Below are positions 28,858 to 40,863 of a DNA stretch of 57,337 bases, one piece after another. A program made the translations under genes and the position numbers. The notes beneath the pieces are model-generated. The model was not told the origin of the DNA and ran no database searches. It saw nothing but the letters and a program-made list of their open reading frames with translations. Numbering within the stretch: position 1 is the first letter of the stretch; each line of letters opens with the position of its first letter. Source of the stretch: Reclinomonas americana ATCC 50394 (lineage: Eukaryota); NCBI GenBank assembly GCA_048213135.1, contig PS015062.1, positions 100,943-158,279 of the forward strand. The letters run 5' to 3'.

Positions 28858-28972
28858 AGTTTTTCCTTCTCCTCTTTCTCCTCCCTTGCAGCTGCCACTG
28901 CCCTCCTCAGCGCATGATCTCCAATGCTGAGCCATCATACACACCCCCCTATCATCGTCCTGTGCGACAACT
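28858..28972 (+). repeat. Direct repeat copy 2, between the RNA ligase stop and the COMT start
   Basis: Matches 27329-27428 with an internal indel. Confidence 0.9.
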
Positions 28973-28993
28973 TGATGATTGTTCGTCGTGCTC

Positions 28994-29680
28994 ATGACTG
29001 CGAGTGGAGAACGCGAAGACGCAGCTGTGGCCTTTGTCCAGGAGCACGCCCGCCGCGGCGATGCGCAGAGTGTGCTTGATGCCATCGATCGCTTCGGCTG
29101 GGAGCAACAGTTCCTGATGAACGTGGGCAATGTCAAGGGCCGCATCCTCGACGAGGCCCTGGAACGCGCTGCCCCGCGCACTGTGCTGGAGCTGGGCGCC
29201 TACCTCGGCTACTCCGCCATCCGCATCGCCACGCGTCTGCGGCACGTGCACCCGGAGGAGCGGGTGCGGCTGATCAGTGTGGAGATGAATCCGCGCTATT
29301 ACGAGCTCGCCACGGCCATGGTGGCCTTTGCTGGAGTCGACGACATTGTGCACATTATCAATGGCGCGACGCAGGATGTGCTGCCCGAGCTCGCCGAGCG
29401 CACGGGCATTGCGTCGTTTGACTTTGTGTTTATCGATCATTGGAAGGACGTCTACTTGCGCGACATCAAGCTGCTCGAGCAGTACAAGCTGCTGCGCGAT
29501 GGCACGACGGTGGTGGCCGACAATGTCATCTATCCCGGGGCGCCGGATTACCTCGAGTACGTGCGGGGAGCGCCGCAGTTCACCTCGACGTTCCACGAGA
29601 GTCGGCTGGAGTACAGCCACGATCGCGTCGACGGAGTGGAGGTCAGTGTGTACCACGTGAGGAAGGAGGGAGGAGAGTGA
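28994..29680 (+). CDS. COMT: Intronless catechol O-methyltransferase
   Basis: GDAQSVLDAID, MNVGNVKG, VLELGAYLGYSA, FVFIDHWKDVYL, VADNVIYPGAPDYL and LEY...DGVE are all characteristic COMT motifs. Confidence 0.92.
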   Translation: MTASGEREDAAVAFVQEHARRGDAQSVLDAIDRFGWEQQFLMNVGNVKGRILDEALERAAPRTVLELGAYLGYSAIRIATRLRHVHPEERVRLISVEMNPRYYELATAMVAFAGVDDIVHIINGATQDVLPELAERTGIASFDFVFIDHWKDVYLRDIKLLEQYKLLRDGTTVVADNVIYPGAPDYLEYVRGAPQFTSTFHESRLEYSHDRVDGVEVSVYHVRKEGGE

Positions 29681-29893
29681 AGCAACAATGAACTGAGATC
29701 GTGCACATGAGGCGGAATTCGAACAGAGCTCGAGAGGTCCACGCGATTGAAAAACAAGTCTACACGAGCACGTTCATGGCTGTAAGGCACTCCCGCCACA
29801 GACTCATAGTGAAGCTTGTCGCTCATACCGCAGCGCGACGAAGTTGATTGCGGGCGGGACCAATCACAATTTCGCGCGCTTTTTCCCACAAAC

Positions 29894-30984
29894 ATGCTCC
29901 GAACGCGAAGACGGCCTCCATGTCGCGGCCCACTCACACACGCTCTTCCTCTTCTCCTTCCTCCTCTGGTCCTCCTTCTCTGTCTCCTCGCTGTGTGTCT
30001 TGGTGAGCCACTGGGTGACGATCCACGACTTGCAATCCCGCGACGTGTGTTGGATCCTGCTCTCGCCGCACAGCAAGTGGTGGTACCTGTGGTCGACTTT
30101 GGCGGGGAAGTGGCGGTGACTGTCAGGCATGAGCATGACACCATCGGCGATGCTGGTGAGTGTGTGTGTGTGTGTGTGCCAAGTTGATTGCATTGGTTCG
30201 CTTTTTCTCCCTTTCTGCTGCTGCTGCTGATACTGCTTTTTGCAAACGCAGTGAGAGAGGCGTTGGCAATGCACGCGCTCTCCTCTTTAGTGACTGAGGA
30301 GCTTGTTGAACAAGTCGCCCACAGTGTGCTGACAGAGTTGCAAGTTAGTATCATCATCCATCTGTGGCCCCCCCTCCTCTCTCTCTCACTCACTCTTCTC
30401 GACTCAGACGATCCAGCTGAGGCGTGTCGGATGTTATGCCCACGCGCCGGCGACTGAGGATGAGAATGCAGACCCCATGTTCAGCATGGATATGCCGCGC
30501 TTTGTCATGTACCCTGCACGCAAGTGGACGGTGTCTGTGGCACAGAGCGGCGTGCAGCAAATGAAGGATGTGCATGTGGACACGTACTCGGCGCCAACAC
30601 TGTGGGGCGCAGGTGAGTAATCGTGAGTGCAACGAGGAAACGCCATCACTCGCGCACTGAGTTGTCTCGGTATCGATGCAGTGCTGGCTGCAGTTGGCGA
30701 GGACAATGATGTGGCGCGTGAGGCGTTGCAGCAGAGTTNNNNNNNNNNNNNNNNNNNNNNNNNNNNNNNNNNNNNNNNNNNNNNNNNNNNNNNNNNNNNN
30801 NNNNNNNNNNNNNNNNNNNNNNNNNNNNNNNNNNNNNNNNNNNNNNNNNNNNNNNNNNNNNNNNNNNNNNNNNNNNNNNNNNNNNNNNNNNNNNNNNNNN
30901 NNNNNNNNNNNNNNNNNNNNNNNNNNNNNNNNNNNNNNNNNNNNNNNNNNNNNNNNNNNNCGGAGAGGGTAGCGGGTTGGTCGA

Positions 30985-31022
<38 letters not shown>

Positions 31023-33029
31023 TCGTCCTCACTCGCAGTTTCTATTCATCCTGCTCCATCTCTCACCACCCATTGCCCTTCACGAGCTGACTCTCTCGAC
31101 GTACATGCTGTGAGCAGAAAGACAGGAGGATAAGGCGTCGGCACAAGCGATTCTGCGACTTTATTGCCGACTGGAATGTTGCGTAATTCATGGCGCGACA
31201 CACACCCGCGTCAGCTCACCATCATTGTCCACTGCAGTGGCAAAAACCATTGACGCTGACACCAGCTGTGGAGAAACTCGTCGCTGCGCGGAACCGTCAG
31301 TTCTTCGCCGAGTGGAGATACGCCACGCCGCATGTGCTGTTGTCAGCTTCCTCGTCGGCACAGGAATTGATGCGAGCCAATCTCCTCTGTCTCTCCCTGA
31401 TCGGTTTGTTTGTGTGGTGTCACGTGTGGTGGTACATTCTCGTCGCGGGGCCTCGTGAGGTCTTACATGCGTTGGCAGGGGGTGCGGACCTGGTGATGGA
31501 CGAGCAAGAATGTGAGCACATTGGTCCGCAGTTTGCGCAGCGCAGCCTCACCATGGCGCCTCCACCATTTCCGGACCGCTCGGAGCCTCCCGTGCACTCC
31601 TTGTCGGCCGCGCTGCGCACCAACAAGCGGACGGCCGAGTATCCACGCATCGAGTTCTATCCAGCCGACCTCTGTCGCGAGCTGGAGACGGAAATGTGGC
31701 GCGTGCTCACAGACGAGACGGCACTCGCGGAGGCTGCAGCGGCCGTGAATGACTTCCGCGCCCCCACCCCGCAAGCGCTCTTCCCCCAGGAAGGGCCACC
31801 GATGCAGGAGAGTCGGCTTATGTTGGACCGGCTGGCGGCGGTGTTGGCGAATCCGCGCATGACTATGCAAGCGGGCCCCAACTCGCCGTATCGGCTGGTG
31901 GTGTTCACAGAAGTACAGTTGGCGCCGAAGAACTCTGCGCGTTACCTGGAGCTGATCAGAATATGGGTGGCCCGGTTCTTTGCCGCGCACGGCGATCGGC
32001 TATTGCCGCTGATTGTGTGCGCCGACGAGACCACGGCGACGGCCGTCAAGGCAGTGCTGGGACATGGTCGGGATGCGGGTGTGCTGCTTGATGAATCGGG
32101 CTGGTGAGGAGAGGGAGAGGGGCTGTTTGTGTAGGAAGAGGGCAGCAATGCCAACAAGCGCTGTGTGCACGCACAGGACTGTCGACCGACCACGCGACCC
32201 TGCCGGATTCCCGCCTGTGATCAACCTGCGTACGCTGTACGGCTACCTGCTGCTGCGATGTGGCGTGCAACCGTTCCACATCGACATGGATGCCGTGTTT
32301 GTGCGGCCGGTGTGGGACCTGCCGCAACTCTGGTCGGCGTCGGAGGTGTACGAAATCCCACCCGACATCATTTTCCACGCCGACCTCTACGGTATTGCCG
32401 ACCACGATGCAACGCTAATGCTGACGGGGCCGCCAAGGGAGCGTACCCGCAATCCGTGGTCGTACACGATTCCCAGCAGTCTGTCGGACTTTGGTCCGGT
32501 AAGCAGGCTGAGGTCTCTCTCGACATCTCTCTCACTCACTCACTCACTGCGTGCGCCGCTGTTCTATTCTTCGTCGTGTAGGGCAAGGTGCCGGCACGTG
32601 TTTGCGCTGCCCACCAGCGTGCGTTGAGCATCAACACTGGGGTGTGGACAGCACGACCGACCGTGTACGCGCTGCGACTGTTTGCGGCCGCGGTGGGCCA
32701 ATTGAATCAGCGCTGGTCGGAGCTGCAGGATCAGCAGTTCATGAATGCGCTTGTGGACGTGCATGTGCGCCTCGGTCGGCTGCGCATCGACTGGTTCGAC
32801 CTCCACCGGGTCAACGCAGTGAGTGGCATTGAATTGCTGGTGGCACGAAGGCAGATGAGCGACATACCGGAGGCGACGGACTTGGTGGTGGTGAGGGGGG
32901 AACTATTTCGTTCCCATACGGGTACTGCAGATCAATGTGCTCATTCGTGCCACCGTACAGGTGCACGCTTGTGGGGCTGGGGACAAGGTTGAGATGCTCA
33001 ACAGAGCGCTGTGGTGGAAACCTCTGTAA
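29894..33029 (+). CDS. Nucleotide-diphospho-sugar transferase (GT77/PF03407-like) glycosyltransferase, tandem copy A
   Basis: N-terminal hydrophobic signal/anchor; GVQPFHIDMDAVF (DxD); INTGVW; QDQQFMN; HAC...K; ends WWKPL TAA. Confidence 0.75.
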
Positions 33030-33188
33030 GTCGTTCATTTTTTTCAGTTCAGTTGTTGTTGCTTGAGCATCTGTGGCTGGTGCGTGCTGCGCATGATAAC
33101 TTTTCGGTGAAAACGTAAGTAATGTCCGTTGTCCGCAGTCCACATGCAATTTTCGCGCGCTTTTCTTCTCCGTCATTTGGTGCGAGGA

Positions 33189-36100
33189 ATGCGAATAAGG
33201 CCTCCGTGTTGTGTCCCATGCACAAGCTCTCTTCTCCTCCTTTCTCTAGTCCTCCTTCTCTGTCTCCTCATTGTGTGTCGTGGTGAGCCAGTGGGTGACG
33301 ACCCGCGGCTGGCAATCCCTCGACGTGTGTTGGATCCTGCACAGTCTGCACAGGTTGTGACGGTGCCTCTCATCGACATTGGGGGTGAAGTGGTGGTGGT
33401 GACTGTCAGTCATGAGCATGACACCATCGGCGAAGCTGGTGTGTGTTCAGTACATATTTCACCGGCATGCTCGGCTTTTTGTTTCACCCTTTCCTCTCTA
33501 ATGCTGATAATGCATGCCGCTACCTGCAGTGAGAGAAGCCCTGACAGCGCACGCACTCTCTTCTCCACTGACTGAGGAGCTCGTTGAACGGGTCGCCTCC
33601 AACGTGCTGACAGCTCTGCAGGTTTGCTGTCATTGCTCCTTCCTTGTCTGTCTCGCACATGCGCGTACACGCACGCTTACCCTTATCGCCCCTCAGACAA
33701 TGCAGCTGAGGCGCGTTGGATGTGGCGCCGTCACACCAATGACTGAGGATGAGATGGCAAACATGGTGTACCGCATGGATGTGCCGCGCTTTGTCATGTA
33801 CCCTGCGCGAAAGTGGACTGTGTCTGTGACGCCCAAGGGTTCATCACAAGCGAAGGATGTGCATGTGGACACGTACTCGGCGCCAACACTGTGGGGCGCA
33901 GGTGAGTAATCATGAGTCGCCATCGCTCTCACCCTGAGTTGTCTCACCGTCGATGCAGTGTTAGCTGCGGTTGGCGAGGACAATGATGTGGCGCGCGAGG
34001 TGTTGCGGCAGAGTTGGAGCTTGTTGACAAAGGTGCGGAGAGCGTGCTGCAAGTCCGTGCTTACCATGGCCAGTTTCCCTTGCGGACAATAGGTGGACCG
34101 AGTCTCATCAAACGAAAGCTGACTTATGGGCATGCATGCCACTTGCAGAACGACGACAACAAGCTCGCAGACAACCGCAAGCGATTTTGCGATTTTGTTG
34201 CCGACTGGAGTGTTGCGTAAACTATATATGCCGCGCTAAGTGCGTCATGTTGCGCTCATTGTCAATGTTTGCACCTTGACTCTTGCAGTGGCAAAAACCA
34301 TTGACGCTGACACCAGCTGCGCGGAACCGTCAGTTCTTCGCTGAGTGGAGATACGCCTCGCCGATGCTGCGATTGTCGGTTTCTTCGTCGGCACAGGCAT
34401 TGATGCCTGCCGATCTCCGCTGCCTCTCGTTGCAAGGTTTGTGTGGTGCCACGTGTGATGTACTCTCATCATGCGGACTCGCTGTCTTATCAGCGTTGTT
34501 GGCAGGAGGTGCGGACCTGGTGGTAAACGAACTGGAGTGCGAGTATCTCGGTCCCCAGTTTGCTCAGCGCAGCCTCACCATGGCGCCCCCGCCGCTGCCC
34601 GACCGCTCGGAGCCTCCCGTGCACACCTTGTCGGCCGCACTGCGCACCAACAAGCGGACGGCCGAGTATCCACGCATCGAGTTCTATCCAGCCGACCTCT
34701 GTCGCGAGCTTGAGACGGAGATGTGGCGCGTGCTCACAGACGAGACGGCACTCGCGGAGGCGGCAGCTGCCGTAGGAAATCACCTCGCCCCCACCCCACA
34801 GTCGCTGTTCCCCTTGCAGGAACCACCGATGCAGGAGAGTCGGCTAATGCTGGACCGGCTGGCGGCGGTGTTGGCGAATCCGCGCATGACTATGCAAGCG
34901 GGCCCCACCTCGCCGTATCGATTGGTGGTGTTCACAGCGGTACAGCTGGCGCCAAAGAATTCAGAGCGTTATCTGCAACTAATAAGAGTGTGGATGGCCC
35001 GGTTCTTTGCCGCGCACGGCGATCGGTTATTGCCGCTGATTGTGTGCGCCGACGAGACGACGGTGACGGCCGTCAGGGAAGTACTGGGACCTGATCGGGA
35101 TGCGGGTGTGATCCTCGACGAGTCGGGCTGGTGAGCAGAGTGCTAGGGAGAGGGGCGATGAGTCGAAGACCAACGCACTCTGTGCGCGCACAGGATGGTC
35201 GACCGACCGCACGATGCGAATGGCTTCCCACCCGCTATTAACTTGCGTTTCATGTATGGCTACCTGCTGCTGCGATGCGGTGTGCAGCCATTCTACGCCG
35301 ACATGGATGCCGTATTTGTGCGGCCAGTGTGGGACCTGCCGCAACTGTGGTCGGCGTCGGAGACGTACGACATTCCGCCCGACATCATCTTCCACGCCGA
35401 TCTCTACGGCGGTACTGACCACGATGCGACGCTGATGCTGGTGGGCGCACCAAGGGAGCGTACCCGCAATCCCTGGTCGTACACGATTCCCAACAGTTTG
35501 TCGGACTTTGGCTCGGTGAGCAACTGGCTAGTTTTGGAGAATGCTTGTAGTAGTTCACCTTGTCTCTCAAACTTGCCCTTCAATCCATGCTTGCAGAAGG
35601 GCATTCCGTCCCATGTTTGCGCCGCCCACCAGCGTGCGTTGAGCATCAACACGGGTGCATGGACAGTGCGACCGACTGTGTACGCGCTGCGACTGTTTGC
35701 GGCCGCTCTGGGCCAGTTGAATCGGTACTGGTCGGAGCTGCAGGATCAGCAGTTCATGAACGTGCTGGTGGACGTGCATGTGCGCCTCGGTCGGCTGCGC
35801 ATCGACTGGTTCGACCTCCACAAGGTCAACACACTCAGCGGAATCGAGTTGCTTNNNNNNNNNNNNNNNNNNNNNNNNNNNNNNNNNNNNNNNNNNNNNN
35901 NNNNNNNNNNNNNNNNNNNNNNNNNNNNNNNNNNNNNNNNNNNNNNNNNNNNNNNNNNNNNNNNNNNNNNNNNNNNNNNNNNNNNNNNNNNNNNNNNNNN
36001 NNNNNNNNNNNNNNNNNNNNNNNNNNNNNNNNNNNNNNNNNNNNNNNNNNNNNNNNNNNNNNNNNNNNNNNNNNNNNNNNNNNNNNNNNNNNNNNNNNNN

Positions 36101-36257
36101 NNNNNNNNNNNNNNNNNNNNCAGGGGCAGCTGCTGATGTGTTATGCATGTTCGTGCCCTCACGACTTCACGCCTGTTGCACGCAGCTGCACCACGCCTGT
36201 GGTGACGGAGACAAGGCCGACATGCTCGAAACCGCTCTGTGGTGGAAGCCGCTGTGA
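33189..36257 (+). CDS. GT77-like glycosyltransferase, tandem copy B
   Basis: Same exon structure and motifs as copy A (YADMDAVF, INTGAW, QDQQFMN); ends WWKPL TGA. Confidence 0.75.
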
Positions 36258-36797
36258 AAGGCCTAGGAGGAGTACGTTTCAGGGACTGATCGATTCATTG
36301 CAGAGATACTGGAAGGCAAAGCATCGAGGATAGTGTCGAAGCAGTCCACGATCTCCTGCAGAGGGGCAGCAGACTTGTGAGGCGCTCCGAGAGAACAAAC
36401 ATTTCATTCACCACATTCTGACAACGTGACGAATGACCTTCACAAAGCACCTCATGCTCCATAGGGACCCTCCATAGTCCTGTAATGCAACAAATGTCCA
36501 CGTATGCTTTACCGACACTGACCTTGGCTATATCATACAACACACAATCGTCCCTGAATTCATGATATCGCGAAGTTCTTCTTATAATTATGCAACGTCA
36601 CTCCCTTCGCGCTCTTTCAATCTGCATGACCTCGCGCTGTTATCTGCTACAGAAGCTGACATGCAGTTCACTGTTGCTGTCGCGCTTGAAGTTGTCGGCA
36701 ACTGATGCAGTCCGCGAGCTGTCCCATCGACAATCAGCGTCTCTGCTCAGCGCGCACCTCGTCTCCTCTCCATACAGTGCGTGAGACGAGCACGCAG

Positions 36798-39700
36798 ATG
36801 CTGTCGACTCTGTCGCGCTCTCTTCGCGCCACCACCACCTCGCCTCTCCATGCTGCACTCAAGGGCTCTCTGGTCGCGCGACTGGCCTCCACTGAGGCCA
36901 AGTCGTCGTCTACGTCTTCTCTGTGGCAGCGATTGGCCGGACCCGACACTGGTGTTGCATCGCCATCGTTCACGAATCGCTGGTTGATGATGGTGCCTGC
37001 GCTCGGCTGTCATGTGTGTTGCGTAAGGAGAAGCGGGAGGGAAAGGGGAGGGAAAGGGGAGGAGAGGTGGCACTGATTGACTTGTCTGTTTCGCGCTCTC
37101 TTCTGCAGCAGAAGACAATGGAAGAATGATTGTGTGTGTATGTGAGAGTGGAGGGGAGCAAGGCACACACGCACTCTCTTTTAAGGGCATGTGAGTGCAG
37201 AGAAGGAACAAGATGATCATGAGAAAGAGGAAGGGAAAGGGAGCAAGACACACACGCGCTCTCCAGACATGAAGAAGACTGATCGTGAGAGAGAGAGAGA
37301 GGAGAGAAAGTGAGACAAACACGCACACTCTTTCTCGCTCGCCTCCTTGTCTGCACTTGAGAAAGAGTGTGAGGCAGGTGAGAAACAGAGTGTGTGTTGC
37401 TCTCTTGTTCCCTTCCTCTCTTGATCGTCATTCCCCCTGTCTGCACTCACATGCACTTGAGAGAAAGAGTGTGCGTGGTTTGTCTCACTGCTTCTCCCCT
37501 CCTCTCCATTCTTCTTCATGTCTGGAGAGCGCGTGTGTGTCTTGCTCCCATCTTCCCTTCCTGTATCTCACGATCATCTCTGCACTCATATGCTCTCTCA
37601 CTGTCTCTCTCACACGCGCGCTTACATTCTCTTATTCATCCATTGTCACTCAGCGGATATCGACTGCGAGAGTCACACACTCTTTCTTTCATTCAGTTGT
37701 CTTTCTGTTTTCTGACTGCACATCTGCATATGCGACGCCACTTGTCTGTCTGTCGTGTTGCGTCGTGATCATTTCAGTTTGGTGAGCTTTTACATGCCTC
37801 TTGTGATTCCTGTTTTGTGCGTGGCATGTCCTCCATTCCATTTCGTTAGTTTCCTGCGTTTTGTTGTTTTTGTTTGTTTGTTTTGCTTGGCATACAGATT
37901 CCCCTCTAGATCTTGTCCGTTTATGGTGCTGCGGCGCCGGTCTGTTTTCCTTTCCTCCCGTTTTCTCACTGTACGCCGCGGTCGCAGGCATTGGCTCGGT
38001 GTATGCCTGGTCGGCCATGTCGGGTGCCTTGTCACGTGAGTACGGTTTTGTGGCGCCAGCGGCCTCGGATTGGTCGCTGGCCGAGGCCACGTATCCAATG
38101 GCCACGGTGCTGGCCATGCAGGGCATTTCTGCTGCGCTCGGCGGCAAGTGGCAAACGCGTGTGGGCATGCGAGCGGCCATGGTTACGGCGGCGCTGTGCT
38201 TTGGTGGCGGTGTGATGTTGTCGGCTCTTGGAGTGGCCACGCACCAGCTGTGGCTGGTGTATCTTGGCTACGGAGTGCTCGGTTGCGTTCATGTTATTGT
38301 TGCCCTTCCATCCATTCCTCACGCTGACTGCGCGCGCACCACTACAGGCGGTACTGGTGTGGGATTGGGATACACGCCGCCGGTGCAGGCGCTCATCCAG
38401 TGGTTCCCCGATCGTCGTGCGCTGGCGGGAGGCATTACCATTGCCGGATTCGGCTCTGGTGCACTCTTCTTTGCGCCCGCGGTCTCGTACTTGATGAAGA
38501 AATTCTCCCGCCTGCCGACGTATCTCGGACCGGCCGACGCGGTCGAGGTGATCTCCAAGGATGGCAAGCTGTTTGCCAATGTTGGTGATGCGCTGAAAGA
38601 GGTGAGCGGAAAAGGGAAAGGGCGGAGAAGGGGGAGATAGGGGAGGGGAGGGGAAGGGGAGGGAAAGGATGGTTCCGTAAGTTATTGGTGCTTGGTCGAG
38701 CGTTAGGACGGGGCATTGGCACCGTTATGTCGGTTTCATTCTCCTGCCTTGCATGTCGCGGTTGTACACCTGCTGCTCCTGTCATTCTCGCGACAATCAC
38801 GATTTCTGCTTTATCTGTTCTCCATCGCTTGTGTGCTTCCTCGAGCGTGAATATGGGGCAGCGGCATCTTGTTTTCTGTGTCCTCGGCGAGACTGTCGTG
38901 CTCTTTGTTTCTGTCTTGCATGTCTCTTCTGCGCTTGGTCACACGTAAAGATTTGGGTATTTGCACCTTGCAATTCTCTATCAACGTTTTCACGTCTCTT
39001 CCCTCGCCGCTTCGAGCGTGAGGATTGCGTTCTAATGCTTGTTGCTCTCTGTACGTGACACGACGAGCAGGCACTCTGTTTCTGTCATTGCTTTGTTTTC
39101 ATAGTGAATAGTGCACTGCTCTTTCTATCGTGAGATTGAGTGGACCATGTCGGTCGTAGCATCTTGTGTGGCCTTGCCGTCTCATGCCTCTCTTCTTCCC
39201 TCACCCTCCCGCGTGCAGGTCGTCGTGGCTAATTCGATGGATCTGGCCACCCTGTCACAAGGCTCGCTGCTTCAGGAGGTAACGACTCGCCGCGCTCTCC
39301 CCACCCTCTCTCTCGCCACTCACACACGCGCTCTCTGTTCTCGCCCCACGCAGGGTGTGTACGTGGTCGGCAGCGGCAACACCGGCGCCACCGCAGCGCT
39401 GAGCATCATTGGCGCAACGTACATGTGCATCATGCTGCTCGCGGCCTTTTCCCTGCGCCGTCCGGCGCCGGGCTACGCACCGGCCGGCTACGTTGCTCCG
39501 AAGACGGGTCTCGGTTCCACCGCCGGCAATGTGCACTTTTCGCAAGTGATGAAGACGCCGCAGTTTTGGCTGCTGGCCACCACATTCACGTGCATGGCCA
39601 CGGGCGGTGTGGCGCTGATGAGCGTGTCGAAGCCGAGTTGCGTACCATAGAAGGAGACGTGACTCCAGAATGAGAGATGAGCGATGGAGTGAGGGGGGAA

Positions 39701-40828
39701 GGGAGTGGGAAAGACTGGAGAGGGGCGAGAAATTGAGGGGGAGTGCTTCTTCATATCTGTGTTTGTCAGTGAGTGCCGCGAGGTGTCGAATCATCTTTGT
39801 GTGTAATTTAGGTCATTTTTCTTGTTGTTTTCCTCATGAGTGCTTGTCGCGGCAGTGATGAGTGAGATTTTCACTCGCTCTCTGCCGGAGCTGGTGACGG
39901 CGGGTTTCGCCTCTGCATTCTTGCTGGTGCTGGCCTCCGGCAACCTCGGCGGTCGTCTGGGGTGGGCGCAATTCGCCGACAAGTTTGGCGTGCGCAAGGC
40001 CTTTACGCTGTTCACCCTCGGCAGTATTCCTCTGTTGCGCCTCGAGCATGCGATCTCTGTGTGCTATGGCATGGCGTCTGTCTCATTATTTCCTGGCCTT
40101 GTTTTCTCCTTTCTCCAGGTACCTCGTAACACCGACCATTGTGAGTTCGGTGATCGAGAGCAAGTCGCCGGTGATGTTGTATGCGTTTGTGGGAGTGACG
40201 TGGCTCGCCGTCTCGTTCATGGGCGGCACCTACGCCATTCTGCCGGCCTACGAGGCCGAGTTGTTTGGCGCCAAGTATGTGGGCGCCAATCACGGACGCA
40301 TGCTGCTCGGCTCGACCACGGGCTCTCTCGCCGGTCCCATTGTGGTGCTGACGCAGCGCAGTGGGGCGGAGAAGGCGGCAATTGATGATTTGCTGACCAA
40401 GGTGAGAAGGAGGGGAAGGAGCGGGGAAGGGGGGAAGGGAGGGAGGGAGAGAGAGAGAGTGGCTGGCGAAGGGAGAGAGAGAGTGGTGAGGAGAGTGAGG
40501 GAGAGCAGGGAAGGAGAGGGACGAAGATCAAGGATGCAGGTAAAGGTTGGGTGGCGAGAGAGAGAGAGAGAGAGAGACTGAAGAGCGCAAGTGTGAGAGT
40601 GAGGTGGTGAGAAGAGGCGGAAAGAAAGTGTGATCGAGAAAGAGAGTGCAGGGGAGAGTGAGACGCATAGAGAGCGAGCAAATGGAGAGGAATGAAGATC
40701 AAGGATGCAGGTAAAGGTAGGGTGGCGAGAGAGACAGGCAGAGACTGAAGAGCGTAATTGTGAGAGTCGGAGACGGAGGTAACGCGAAAAGTTGGAAAGA
40801 AAGTGTGATTGGGAGAGAGGGAGAGGGA

Positions 40829-40863
<35 letters not shown>

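Noticed and set aside
28125-29656. Long antisense ORFs over the ligase and COMT genes
   Set aside because: Expected shadows of GC3-rich coding sequence; no recognisable motifs.
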